Source: Deltaproteobacteria bacterium (GTDB lineage Bacteria > Myxococcota_A > UBA9160 > SZUA-336). Taken from it: a DNA stretch of 64,000 nucleotides. The notes beneath the pieces were generated by a model. That model was not told the origin of the DNA. It did no database searches and saw only the letters and a program-made list of their open reading frames with translations. The stretch covers positions 12,897 to 76,896 of the forward strand of contig SMWZ01000029.1 in assembly GCA_004356455.1 (NCBI GenBank), given 5' to 3'. A program made the translations under genes and the position numbers. Below are positions 8,680-18,568 of this stretch, in pieces. Numbering within the stretch: position 1 is the first letter of the stretch; every line of letters begins with the position of its first letter.

Positions 8680-10176
8680 ATGGCGCTGAACCTAGGAACG
8701 ATCCTCGCGAGCTCGGCCCGCGAGCGGCCCGGCCATCCCCTGATCCGTTTGAACGAGCAGAGCTGGAGCTACGCGGAGGTGGACCGCGCCGCGCGAGGCA
8801 TCGCCAGCAGCCTGATCGAGCGCGGGCTCGGACCCGGCGACAAGGTGGCCTTGCTCGTGCCGAATGTTCCCGAGTTCACGCAGTCCTACTTCGGGATTCT
8901 GTACGCAGGCTGCACCGTGGTCCCGTTGAACGTGCTGCTCTCCGCGCCCGAGGTGACCTACCACGTGCAGGATTCCGAAGCCAAGCTCCTGATCGCACAT
9001 CCCCTCTTCAGCAACCCCGCCACCAAGGGCGCTGAGGGGGCCGGCGTCCCGCTGGTCTGGGCCGGGGGCGAGGTGCCGGGCGCACCCAGCCTGGTGGAGC
9101 TGGCGGAGGCCGCGCCGCTCGAGGCCATCCACCCCACACGGCCGGACGACACCGCCGTGATCCTGTACACCTCGGGCACGACAGGCAAGCCCAAGGGCGC
9201 GGAGCTGACGCACTCAAACCTGCTGCTGAACTGCGCCGCGGTCGTTCCCCGCCTCTTACCGATCCAGAGCGACGACGTCGCCATCGCAACGCTTCCGCTC
9301 TTTCACTCCTTCGGCCAGACCTGCATCCAGAACGCCATGATCTCCGAGGGCGCGGGCTTCACGCTGCTGCCGCGTTTCACGCCCGAGGATGCCCTCACCA
9401 TCCTGCAGCGGGACAAAGTCACGATCTTTGCGGGCGTACCCACCATGTACTTCGCGCTGCTCAACCATCCCGGGGCGGACGCCTTCGACCTCTCCTCGCT
9501 GCGCATCTGCATGACCGGCGGCGCGCCCATGCCGGTCGAGGTCATGCGTGCCTTCGAGGAGAAGTACGGCGTGCAGATCCTGGAGGGCTACGGCCTCTCG
9601 GAGACTTCCCCCGTGGCCAGCTTCAATCAGCTCGACAAGCCCCGTAAGCCGGGCTCGATCGGCTACCCCGTGTGGGGCGTGGAGCTGACGATCCTCGACG
9701 ACAAGGACCAACCCCTGCCCGAAGGTGAGAGAGGCGAGATTTGCATTCGCGGGCACAACATCATGAAGGGCTATCTCAAGCGGCCCGAGGCCACAAAGGA
9801 CGCTCTGCGCGGCGGCTGGTTTCACAGCGGCGATATCGGCGTACGGGACGAGGACGGCTGCTACTGGATCGTGGATCGCAAGAAGGACATGATCATCCGC
9901 GGCGGATTCAACGTGTACCCGCGCGAGGTGGAGGAGATCCTGTACGCACATCCGGCCATCGTCGAGGCGGCCGTATTCGGGGTTCCCCATCCGAGTCACG
10001 GCGAGGAGATCAAGGCCGTGGTCGTGCTCGCTCCCGGCCAGAGCCTGAGCGCCGACGAGCTCACCGCGTACACCAAGGAGCGTCTCGCAGCCTACAAGTA
10101 CCCACGCATCATCGAGTTCAGCGACGGCCTGCCCAAAGGACCGACGGGGAAGATCCTCAAACGCGAGCTGAAGTAG
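8680..10176 (+). CDS. long-chain fatty-acid--CoA ligase (AMP-binding enzyme family)
   Basis: ATG at 8680 gives MALNLGTILASSARERPGHPLIRL. AMP-binding motifs YTSGTTGKPKGA and GYGLSETS. The upstream part of ORF 8488 overlaps the previous gene and was trimmed. Confidence 0.85.
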   Translation: MALNLGTILASSARERPGHPLIRLNEQSWSYAEVDRAARGIASSLIERGLGPGDKVALLVPNVPEFTQSYFGILYAGCTVVPLNVLLSAPEVTYHVQDSEAKLLIAHPLFSNPATKGAEGAGVPLVWAGGEVPGAPSLVELAEAAPLEAIHPTRPDDTAVILYTSGTTGKPKGAELTHSNLLLNCAAVVPRLLPIQSDDVAIATLPLFHSFGQTCIQNAMISEGAGFTLLPRFTPEDALTILQRDKVTIFAGVPTMYFALLNHPGADAFDLSSLRICMTGGAPMPVEVMRAFEEKYGVQILEGYGLSETSPVASFNQLDKPRKPGSIGYPVWGVELTILDDKDQPLPEGERGEICIRGHNIMKGYLKRPEATKDALRGGWFHSGDIGVRDEDGCYWIVDRKKDMIIRGGFNVYPREVEEILYAHPAIVEAAVFGVPHPSHGEEIKAVVVLAPGQSLSADELTAYTKERLAAYKYPRIIEFSDGLPKGPTGKILKRELK

Positions 10177-10236
10177 TCTCAGCTTTGACCGCAACGGCCC
10201 CCGGGGGCAGCCGTCCTGCTAGGTTCGTAGCCGGGA

Positions 10237-10938
10237 CTAGCCTGATACTTGCTCGCGGCGAGCTTGGGCCTCGGCCAGCTGCTGAAAGCGTTCGCGGCCG
10301 ATGGAGACAAAGATCCCCTCCGCCTCCGCACAGAGCAGCTCGCCGGCGCAGAGACGACCCTCGACGAAGTTCTTGCGCCCAGTGCTACGCGCCACGCGCG
10401 CCTCGAAACGCAGATCGGTGCGCAGCGGCGTGGGCTGGCGGTACTTGACGACGAGCGTTCCGGTCATGCCAGGACGACCCGTGATCGATTGGGCGAAGCC
10501 CAGCACCTCATCGAACGCTGCGGCGATCGCCCCACCGTGTACGCAGCCCGGTGGGCCCTCGTAGGCCGAGCCGAAGTTCACGTTTCCGTAGACCTGATCC
10601 TCCTTCGCCCATAGCTCAATGGGCGGGGCCAGGGGGTTGCAGAGCCCGATCTGCGGGCTGAAGTCGAAGAACGCTCCCACGTCACCCGCGTTCGCGCTCT
10701 CTGCGAAGCCGGCCGGACGGTTGCGGCGCGGATGCCTCTCCAAGCGCTCTGCATAGCGCTCCAGCCCGTCCGCCGCCGTGCGCAGCTCCTCCTCGCTTGC
10801 ATCGCTCCTCACCAGATGTTCGATGACCCGGCGCATGGCCGCCGCCAGCCGACGGTTCTCCGCCCACTTGCCGGTGGCTTCCGCCTGGTTCGCATCCCAA
10901 TGCGTATAGTTCCGCCCGTCGTCTACGCTCTCGCTCAC
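10237..10938 (-). CDS. hotdog-fold thioesterase domain protein (PaaI family) with an N-terminal extension
   Basis: Motif GCVHGGAIAAAFDEVLG. GTG start overlaps the rpiB stop (GTGA). ORF trimmed from 11004. Confidence 0.6.
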   Translation of the reverse strand: MSESVDDGRNYTHWDANQAEATGKWAENRRLAAAMRRVIEHLVRSDASEEELRTAADGLERYAERLERHPRRNRPAGFAESANAGDVGAFFDFSPQIGLCNPLAPPIELWAKEDQVYGNVNFGSAYEGPPGCVHGGAIAAAFDEVLGFAQSITGRPGMTGTLVVKYRQPTPLRTDLRFEARVARSTGRKNFVEGRLCAGELLCAEAEGIFVSIGRERFQQLAEAQARREQVSG

Positions 10939-11369
10939 TCCAGCGACCTCACCTTCTTCATGCGTCGGGCGTGACGCCCGCCTTCGAAGTCCGTGTCCAG
11001 CCATATACGCACAAACTTGAGCAGATCTTCTTCGGGAAACTGCTGCGCGCCCAGACAGAGCACGTTCGAATTATTATGTCCGCGGGTCATTTCGGCCGTA
11101 CGCTCGCTGTAGACCACGGCAGCACGCACTCCGGGAATCCGATTTGCGACCATGCCCATCCCGATGCCGTTGCTGCAGACCAGGATGGCGCGGTCGCTCT
11201 TGCCCTCGGACACACTCCGCGCCGCGGGAATGGCGTAGTCCGGATAATCACACGACTCCGGCGAGTCGGTTCCCTCATCAGCCACCATGTGCCCGAGGGT
11301 ACGTAGCTCCTCGATCAGGCGAGTTTTGAACTCGAAGCCCGCATGGTCGGCGGCAACCGCGATCCGCAT
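10935..11369 (-). CDS. rpiB: ribose-5-phosphate isomerase B
   Basis: 144 aa. MRIAVAADHAGFEFK...VCSNGIGMGMVANR is diagnostic of RpiB/LacAB. Confidence 0.9.
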   Translation of the reverse strand: MRIAVAADHAGFEFKTRLIEELRTLGHMVADEGTDSPESCDYPDYAIPAARSVSEGKSDRAILVCSNGIGMGMVANRIPGVRAAVVYSERTAEMTRGHNNSNVLCLGAQQFPEEDLLKFVRIWLDTDFEGGRHARRMKKVRSLE

Positions 11370-11375
11370 TGCGAA

Positions 11376-12788
11376 TTACCAGCTTGTGGGCCAGTGCGGG
11401 TGCCAGGGGCGCTCGCGTTCGAAGGCGCGCGCCGCCTGCAACACGAGTTCGTCACGATGTCGCGCTGCAACGATCTGCATGCCGATGGGAAGCCCCGCGC
11501 GGGAGAGACCGGCGCGCACCGTGCCGGCCGGGTGCCACGAGAGGTTGAAGGGAATCGTGAACGAGGCAACGCCCCATGCCAGCTGCGGCCGGCCCTCCGT
11601 CTCTTTCGGGTAGGGACCTCGTGCGGGTGGCGGATCGAACGGCAGGGTGGGCGTGATCAGCAGGTCATACTCGTCGAAGATCTGCGCGCACCAGTTGTTG
11701 AGTTGCATACGCGAACGTTGCCCCTGGTCGAAGATCTCGGGCGTCATATTCCAGCCGGTCTTGATTCCACGTAGGAACATGCGGCCGAACTCGTGCTCGT
11801 GCTCAGGCAGAAGATGGTGCAGCTCAGCGGCCTTCTCGAACGCGCCCATCAAGCCCCACTCCCGTCCCAGGAGTGGCGGCCCCCCCTGAATCTCCTCCAC
11901 CCGGTGCCCCAGCTTCTCGAAGACCCGCGCCGCGTCATAGACCACCTCGGCGACATCGGACTGCACCACGGAGTAGCCAAGGTCCGGCGAGTAAGCGATG
12001 CGCAGGTTCCCGGGCGGTCCCCGGCGCACCGCGTCCAGGTAGGACAAGCCGGGATGCGGGAGGCTCTTCGGATCGTACGGGGACGGCCCCACGACCTGGT
12101 CCAGGAAGAGCGCCCCGTCCTCGACGGTCTTGGTCAACGGGCCGAAGCATGAAGTGTCCTCGTAGACCCAGCGCTCCATGGGACCCTTGGGCACGCGTCC
12201 GTGCGAGGGTTTGAGACCAAAGGCACCGGTGAAGCTGGCCGGTATACGGATCGAGCCCCCACCATCGCTGGACGTCACCAGCGGCAGCGTGCCCGAGACC
12301 AGGGCCGCCGACGAGCCTCCGCTCGAGCCGCCCGGGGTGAGCTCGAGATCCCAGGGGTTGCGGGTCACACCGTAGACGAGGTTCTTTGTGATCGCGGCGT
12401 ATCCGAACTCGGGCGAGTTCGTCTTACCCACGACGATCGCGCCCGCCGCCCGCAGCCGCCCGACCTGTGTGCAATCGCGATCGGCGACGTGGTCCTTGAA
12501 CGGCAGCGAGCCCTGAGAGGTGACCAGACCCTCGGCGTCCTGCAGGTCCTTGACGCCCAGGGGGACGCCCTCGAGCACCCGCGCCTCACCCCTCGCGATC
12601 CGCTCCTGCGCCGCACGGGCTTCGGACAAGAGCTTCTCACGGTCGTGCATGGCCACAACGGCGTTCAGGTCCGGGTTGGTCTCATCGATGCGCGCGAGAA
12701 CGGCTTCCATCAGCTCCACGGCCGATGCCTTCTTGGCCCGCAGGGCGTCGGTCAGCTCGATCAGACTGAGGTCGAGTAGCTCGTGCAT
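11376..12788 (-). CDS. amidase (amidase-signature family)
   Basis: 470 aa with the AS signature GGSSGGSSAALVSG and a Ser-cisSer-Lys context. Confidence 0.85.
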   Translation of the reverse strand: MHELLDLSLIELTDALRAKKASAVELMEAVLARIDETNPDLNAVVAMHDREKLLSEARAAQERIARGEARVLEGVPLGVKDLQDAEGLVTSQGSLPFKDHVADRDCTQVGRLRAAGAIVVGKTNSPEFGYAAITKNLVYGVTRNPWDLELTPGGSSGGSSAALVSGTLPLVTSSDGGGSIRIPASFTGAFGLKPSHGRVPKGPMERWVYEDTSCFGPLTKTVEDGALFLDQVVGPSPYDPKSLPHPGLSYLDAVRRGPPGNLRIAYSPDLGYSVVQSDVAEVVYDAARVFEKLGHRVEEIQGGPPLLGREWGLMGAFEKAAELHHLLPEHEHEFGRMFLRGIKTGWNMTPEIFDQGQRSRMQLNNWCAQIFDEYDLLITPTLPFDPPPARGPYPKETEGRPQLAWGVASFTIPFNLSWHPAGTVRAGLSRAGLPIGMQIVAARHRDELVLQAARAFERERPWHPHWPTSW

Positions 12789-12816
12789 GCGCGGTATGAT
12801 ATCAGCCCGACGCCAC

Positions 12817-14179
12817 CTAATCTATGTAGCCTTGCGCACGCAGCTGCTCCCGCGTTCTATCGTCGATGCTGAACTCATTCTCGGATTCGGCTCCGGGCCT
12901 GTACGAGGCGCCCTCCAGAATGAAGGCCAGAAGGCTCGCCTCCAGCTCGCGTACCGCTCGCTCCGCTTTACGCGCGTCGTATAGATTGAGCTTTTCCTCG
13001 GGATCCTCTGACAGGTCGTAGAGCTCGCTCCTCACGCGGCCGTCCTTGAAGTAGCTCCGGATAAGCTTGTGTTGGCCTACCTGGATGGACTTGCTGAAGA
13101 AATCGTAGCCCGCGTCGAACTCCACAGGATGCAGCTCAGCAAAGAGGGGTCGCCCATGTCCGGCAGGACTTTTCGAGGGACGCCCTTTCTGCCTGATGTA
13201 GGGCAGCAGACTGGTCCCCTGGAGCCCAGCGGGCGGCTCGAGCCCGACCAAGGTCGAGTACGGTCGGGAAGATGTCCAGCAGAGAGGCCGGCACCTCGAC
13301 AGTCTGGTCGGCCTCGATCACTCGCGGGTAGCGGAGGACGAGCGGAACCATCAGCGACTCTCGATAGAGCGTGCTCTTGTGACCGAAAGCGCCGTGCTCC
13401 CCTAGCTCCTCACCATGATCGGAGACGAGGATCACGAGCGTGGACTCCGCCCAGCCCGCGTCTTGCAGCGCGTCAAAGACCCTCTTCAGCTGGGCGTCCA
13501 CGAAATGGATCGCACTGTCATAGAACGCGAGTCGATAGCCAGGGTCTCCGGGACGCACGTCGTTCATGAACCTCCTGCTCTTGGACTTTCCTTGCGGGTC
13601 GAAGTAGTGCGCGAACAGGAAGAAGGAGGGAGGGACGAGCCCCCGGCTGACGTGGAAAGCGGTGCCACTCCAGCCAGAGCTGGGCGCGGTCCGCCTGCAA
13701 GTCCGCGCGCGTCGAGAAACGGCGATACAGATCGAAGCCCCACTCCCCCGACAAGAAGGGGTGTGCCACGAAGCCGGCCGTCGCGTAGCCGGCCCCCTTC
13801 AAGATCTCCGCCAGCGTCACCTCGGACTCGTCGAGTCTTACACTCCCCAGACGTCCTCCATGGTCGAGCTTGTGATAGGACGGATAGAGCGATGTGAACA
13901 GGGACATGTGTGCCGGCAGCGTCCAGGACGAAGGGCTGATCGCGTTGCGGAAGAGCGCCCCACGGGCCGCAAGCGCGTCGATGTGGGGCGACGTCTCGCG
14001 GCAAGGGTGGAGGCCAGGTTGGGTTGCTTCGCGTAGGCGAGTGTCAGCGCCGCGCCGAAGCGCACCTGCTCATCGTCGCTGGAGAGATACCTGAAGTACT
14101 GGCGCAGCGTCGCGCCGGAGGCGACGGAGGGCAGACTCAGTCCGAGGGAGACGACCAGTCCGATCAGAACGCGAGTCAT
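12817..14179 (-). pseudogene. sulfatase-like (alkaline-phosphatase superfamily) gene disrupted by at least 3 frameshifts
   Basis: Four consecutive minus-strand ORF fragments cover, in order, the signal peptide, the N-terminal core (…SPSSWTLPAHMSLFTSLYPSYH), the middle (…FFLFAHYFDP) and the C-terminal sulfatase regions in three different frames. The catalytic C/S-x-P-x-R motif is replaced by I-S-P-S-S. Confidence 0.6.
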
Positions 14180-14217
14180 GGTCCAGGGGAGGAACCCAGC
14201 GCGCTCGGATGCGGGTG

Positions 14218-15207
14218 TTAGGAGCGAGCGTAGATCTCCATCACCTCGTGCAGCAGCTCGATGGCCTCGGTCTTGGCCCGCTGAAAGGAGTTGCGTCCGA
14301 TGATGGAACCAAAGCCGCCGCCCTCGGCAATGGCCTGGGCCTCCTCGATGATCCCCTTGCGATCCTTGGCCGGACCGCCCGAGAAGATCACGATGCGACG
14401 GCCGTTGAAGGCGCTCTGCACCACGTGTCGGACGCGGTCGGCCAATGTATCGATGGGGATCCCCTGCTTCTCGTAGACCTTGCGCGCGGCATCCTGCTCG
14501 AGGTACGCCGAAGGCAGCTTGACCTTGATCAGGTGCGCCCCGAGCTGGGCCGCGATCTGCGCGCCGTAGGCCACCACGTCGATCGCGGTCTCGCCCTCCT
14601 TGGAGAGCGCGGCGCCGCGCGGGTAGGACCAGATCACAATCGCCAGGCCCGCGGCCTTGGCGTCCTCGGCCAGCTCGCGGAGCTGCTGGTACATCTCGTT
14701 GCGCAGGGCCGAGCCAGGGTAGATCGTGAAGCCGATGGCTGAGCAGCCGAGCCGCAGCGCGTCGCCCACGCTACCCGTCATGGCGGGACACGGGTCATCG
14801 CCGGAGTAGAGCGAGTCCGAGTTATTGAGCTTGAGGATCAGGGGGATGTCGCCAGCGAACTCAGCGGCGCCCGCCTCCAGAAACCCGAGCGGCGCGGCGT
14901 AGGCATTGCAGCCCGCCTCGATCGCGAGCTCGAAATGATAGCGGGGGTCGTAGGAGGGCGGGTTGGGGGCGAAGCTGCGGGCGGGGCCGTGCTCGAAGCC
15001 CTGATCGACCGGCAGGATCACCAGCTTGCCGGTCCCGCCCAGCCGGCCGTGCCCGAGCAGGTGGGCCAGGTTGGCCAGCGTGCCGGGGTTGTCGGACCTG
15101 TACCAGGAAAGAATCTCCTTCGTGCGCTTCGTGGTCACCACTGTTCCTCCGTTGCCCTCCGAGGGGGAGCGGGTCCAGCCGACCGGCAGTTTAGCCCATT
15201 GATGCAC
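14218..15207 (-). CDS. fbaB: class I fructose-bisphosphate aldolase (FbaB/DhnA type)
   Basis: 329 aa. GRLGGTGKLVILPVDQG and Schiff-base lysine region resemble E. coli FbaB. GTG start with a GAGGAG Shine-Dalgarno. Confidence 0.8.
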   Translation of the reverse strand: MHQWAKLPVGWTRSPSEGNGGTVVTTKRTKEILSWYRSDNPGTLANLAHLLGHGRLGGTGKLVILPVDQGFEHGPARSFAPNPPSYDPRYHFELAIEAGCNAYAAPLGFLEAGAAEFAGDIPLILKLNNSDSLYSGDDPCPAMTGSVGDALRLGCSAIGFTIYPGSALRNEMYQQLRELAEDAKAAGLAIVIWSYPRGAALSKEGETAIDVVAYGAQIAAQLGAHLIKVKLPSAYLEQDAARKVYEKQGIPIDTLADRVRHVVQSAFNGRRIVIFSGGPAKDRKGIIEEAQAIAEGGGFGSIIGRNSFQRAKTEAIELLHEVMEIYARS

Positions 15208-15256
15208 GGGTGACTCCTCGTGCCCCGTAGCCTTTCAGCCGTTAACCTTCCCGAGC

Positions 15257-16711
15257 ATGAGACGCCGCGGAGTACAGATCGTCTGCACCATCGGACCCGC
15301 AAGTCGCGAGCCTGAGGTGCTCGAGCGCCTGATCGACGCCGGTATGGGCGTGGCCCGGGTCAACTTCGCCCACGGCACGGAGGATCAGAATCGCGAGACC
15401 ATCCAGCGCATCCGGGCGGCCTCGCGCGCCAAAGACCAGCCCGTCGCCGTGCTTCAGGATCTGGCCGGGCCCAAGCTGCGCCTGGGCGAGCTCGAGGGGG
15501 ACCGGCTGCTTCTACACCAGGGCGACGAGCTCACGCTCGTCTGCGGCGCCGCCAAGGGGAACGCCCAGAGCCTGCCGGTGCCCGACCCCGATCTCGCTCA
15601 GGAGGTGCGGCCGGGGGGCCCGATTGTGATCGGTGACGGCGCGGTCGAGCTCGAGGTGCTGGAAGTCGACGCGCACAAGATCCGCGCGCGCGTCTTGATC
15701 GGGGGGGAGATCGCGAGCGGCAAGGGGATCAACGCGCCGGGAGGCCTGAGCGAGCGTCCTATCATCAACGAGCAAGATCGGGCGGACCTCAAGCTCGGGG
15801 CGGAGCTCGAGGTAGACCTCGTCGGCGTCTCCTACGTGCGCACGCCGGACGATCTGGCCAGCGTGCGCCGCGCCCTGCGGGCCCTGGGGCGTCCCGCGCC
15901 GCTGGTGGCCAAGATCGAGACAGCGCGCGCACTCGAGCACCTGGACGGAATCCTGGCCCGCACCGATGCGGTGATGGTGGCGCGAGGCGACCTCTCGCTG
16001 GAGATCCCCTACCAGCGAGTTCCGATCGAGCAGAAGCGCATCGTCCAGGCCGCCATCCGCGCCGGTCGTCCCGTGATCACGGCCACGCAGATGCTCCACT
16101 CGATGGTGAGCGCATCGCGTCCCACGCGCGCGGAGGCCACGGACGTGGCGAACGCGGTGCTGGATGGCACCGACGCGGTCATGCTCTCGGACGAGACCGC
16201 GGTGGGCACAGACCCGGTGCGCGTCTGCCGCACCATGGCACAGATCGTCGAGGAGACGCAGACCGCGTTCCCCGACTTCCCCGAGACCCCGCTCGATGGG
16301 ATGGCAGAGGAGCTGCGCGAGCTGGTCGTGTTCTCACGGGCGGCCGTGCGTACCGCCCGCGACGTGGGTGCCGCGGCCATCGTGACCTGGTCCCGCGGTG
16401 GCCTCGCGGCACGCTTGCTCTCGCGCCAGCGCCCGAGCGTCCCGATCCTGGCTCCGACACGTTTCGAGGACACCTGGCGACGCCTCGCGCTCCCGTACGG
16501 TGTGCGCCCCCTGCTCTGCCCTCACGGGCGGCTGCGACCGGAGCAGGTACAAGCCGCGCTGGGGAAGCTCGACGCGCAGGACCTCATGCTCGTAGTCGGA
16601 CACATTCCCGGTGAGCAGCGGCGTATGCCATGGATGGCACTGGTTCGGGTCTCCGATTCGGAGGGCTGGAATCGGGACCCGCGCGACGGCGGACCCTTTA
16701 GCGCGCCCTGA
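15257..16711 (+). CDS. pyk: pyruvate kinase
   Basis: 484 aa. N-terminus VQIVCTIGPAS and ...MVARGDLS motifs. Confidence 0.9.
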   Translation: MRRRGVQIVCTIGPASREPEVLERLIDAGMGVARVNFAHGTEDQNRETIQRIRAASRAKDQPVAVLQDLAGPKLRLGELEGDRLLLHQGDELTLVCGAAKGNAQSLPVPDPDLAQEVRPGGPIVIGDGAVELEVLEVDAHKIRARVLIGGEIASGKGINAPGGLSERPIINEQDRADLKLGAELEVDLVGVSYVRTPDDLASVRRALRALGRPAPLVAKIETARALEHLDGILARTDAVMVARGDLSLEIPYQRVPIEQKRIVQAAIRAGRPVITATQMLHSMVSASRPTRAEATDVANAVLDGTDAVMLSDETAVGTDPVRVCRTMAQIVEETQTAFPDFPETPLDGMAEELRELVVFSRAAVRTARDVGAAAIVTWSRGGLAARLLSRQRPSVPILAPTRFEDTWRRLALPYGVRPLLCPHGRLRPEQVQAALGKLDAQDLMLVVGHIPGEQRRMPWMALVRVSDSEGWNRDPRDGGPFSAP

Positions 16712-16779
16712 CCGCTGCCCATCTCTGATGCTCGACTCGGGAAACCGGTCAATGGACCGCCTAACCGGAGCCTGCTAGT

Positions 16780-18558
16780 GTGGAATTGATGCCTAGCAAG
16801 ACCCCCCGCGAGGCCGTCACACTCCTTAACGCCGACATCTCCCAGATGTCCAAGGTGGAGCAGCTCAAGAGCGAGAGCGAGGGCCTCTTCTACGTCGCAG
16901 GCCGGGAGAAGCACAGCTTCGCGGCCGAGCTCGACGCGCTGAGCGCGGAGCAGGCCGAGACGATCTCCAACGAGGCCAAGGAGATGTCGAAGCACTTCGG
17001 CATCTACAAGCAGCAGGAGCGCGAGGCGAGCGGGCGCAAGCGCGGCGACTACATCTTCATGGTACGCATGAAGCTCCCGGCCGGCGGCGAGCTCTCCCCG
17101 GAGCAGTGGCAGGCTCTCAACCAGGCTGCGGAGCGCTTCGCCAATAGCACCCTGCGCCTGACGACGCGGCAGGGGATCCAGTTCCACTACGTGTACGGGC
17201 GCAACCTCGGCAGGCTCATCCGCTTCATCAACCAGGAGTACCCGGATCGGGGCTACCAGATGCAGACGCTGGGCGCGTGTGGCGATATGAACCGCAACAC
17301 CATGTGCAGCCCGATCGACGATCTCGACCCTGAGCTGCCGCTCGACTCGCGCGAGCTCGCGTTCGAAATCGCGCGCGAGCTAGCGCCGCGAAGCTCCGCT
17401 TATTACCAGATCTTTCTCACGGATGACGAGGGCCGCACCGTCGCGCCGATGTCTACGGACGAGCCCATCTACGGCAAGCACTACCTGCCACGCAAGTTCA
17501 AGGTGGGCATCGCGCACCCGCGCGACAACTCGATCGATGTGCTCACACAGGACGTCGGCCTGGTGCCGATCGAGAACGGCGCTGTGCCGACGGAGTACGA
17601 TCTCTACAGCGGCGGCGGGCTGGGCGTCACCCACAACATGCCCCACACGCAGCAGCTGTTGGGTCTCTACCTGGGTCGCGTGCGGCGTGAACAGGTCGTG
17701 GAGACCGTAAAGGGCATCGTCATCATCCAGAAGGAGAACGGCGAGCGCAAGGACCGGCGTCAAGCCCGCTGGAAGTACACCATTCGACGACTCGGGCCCG
17801 ACGTCGTCAAGGTGATGCTGCGCGACCGCTTTGGGATCGAGATCAAGCTCGCACAGCCTCAGCCGCTGCCGCCCGTCCGGTTCTTCCATGGCTGGAACCG
17901 CGAGGCCGGCCCCGAGGAGCGTTACTTCCTGGGGGTTCCCGTCCTGAGCGGGCGTCTCAAGGACGAGGGCGACGTGCGGCTGCGCAGCGCGGTGACTCAG
18001 ATCGTGTCCGAGCTCGAGCTGGGCGTGCGCATCACACCCAACCAGGACCTCCTACTCTGCCACATCCCGGCGCAGCGGCGCGAGTGGGTGGATCGGACCC
18101 TGGCCGAGCACGGCGTACCTGCGGTGCAGCAGATCTCGCGTGTCCGGCGGCAGTCGTTCGCCTGCCCTGCCAAGCCCACCTGCGGTCTGGCCATGACCGA
18201 CGCCGAGAACGTGCTCCCTTCCTACATCGAGGCGCTCGAGCGGGAAGGGCTCGGAGACGTGGACCTGCTGCTACGCATGGCGGGCTGCCCCAACTCCTGC
18301 TCGCGGCCGCCGACGGCGGAGGTCGGGATCATCGGCTACGGCAAGAACGATCACATGATCCAGGTAGGGGGCTCTCGCGAGGGCGGACGGATCGGGAAGG
18401 TGTTGTACGAGCGCGTGCCTGAAGATCAGATGATCCCGGTGCTGATCGGAATTTTTCGCGCGGTGCGGGATCACAACTCCGAGGGGCTACCCACGGGCGA
18501 GTTCCTCGACCGCATGCCGCTGGAAGAGCTGCGGCAGCTCATCGGACGCTCCAAGTAG
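16780..18558 (+). CDS. nitrite/sulfite reductase hemoprotein (ferredoxin- or NADPH-type sulfite reductase beta-component-like)
   Basis: 592 aa. Siroheme/[4Fe-4S] cysteine motifs (…CPAKPTCGLA… and GCPNSCSRP). Confidence 0.8.
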   Translation: MELMPSKTPREAVTLLNADISQMSKVEQLKSESEGLFYVAGREKHSFAAELDALSAEQAETISNEAKEMSKHFGIYKQQEREASGRKRGDYIFMVRMKLPAGGELSPEQWQALNQAAERFANSTLRLTTRQGIQFHYVYGRNLGRLIRFINQEYPDRGYQMQTLGACGDMNRNTMCSPIDDLDPELPLDSRELAFEIARELAPRSSAYYQIFLTDDEGRTVAPMSTDEPIYGKHYLPRKFKVGIAHPRDNSIDVLTQDVGLVPIENGAVPTEYDLYSGGGLGVTHNMPHTQQLLGLYLGRVRREQVVETVKGIVIIQKENGERKDRRQARWKYTIRRLGPDVVKVMLRDRFGIEIKLAQPQPLPPVRFFHGWNREAGPEERYFLGVPVLSGRLKDEGDVRLRSAVTQIVSELELGVRITPNQDLLLCHIPAQRREWVDRTLAEHGVPAVQQISRVRRQSFACPAKPTCGLAMTDAENVLPSYIEALEREGLGDVDLLLRMAGCPNSCSRPPTAEVGIIGYGKNDHMIQVGGSREGGRIGKVLYERVPEDQMIPVLIGIFRAVRDHNSEGLPTGEFLDRMPLEELRQLIGRSK

Positions 18559-18568
18559 CCGGGTTGCT

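Noticed and set aside
10939-11004. Upstream part of the thioesterase ORF overlapping rpiB
   Set aside because: Trimmed to the GTG that overlaps the rpiB stop. The longer form would overlap rpiB by 70 nt.
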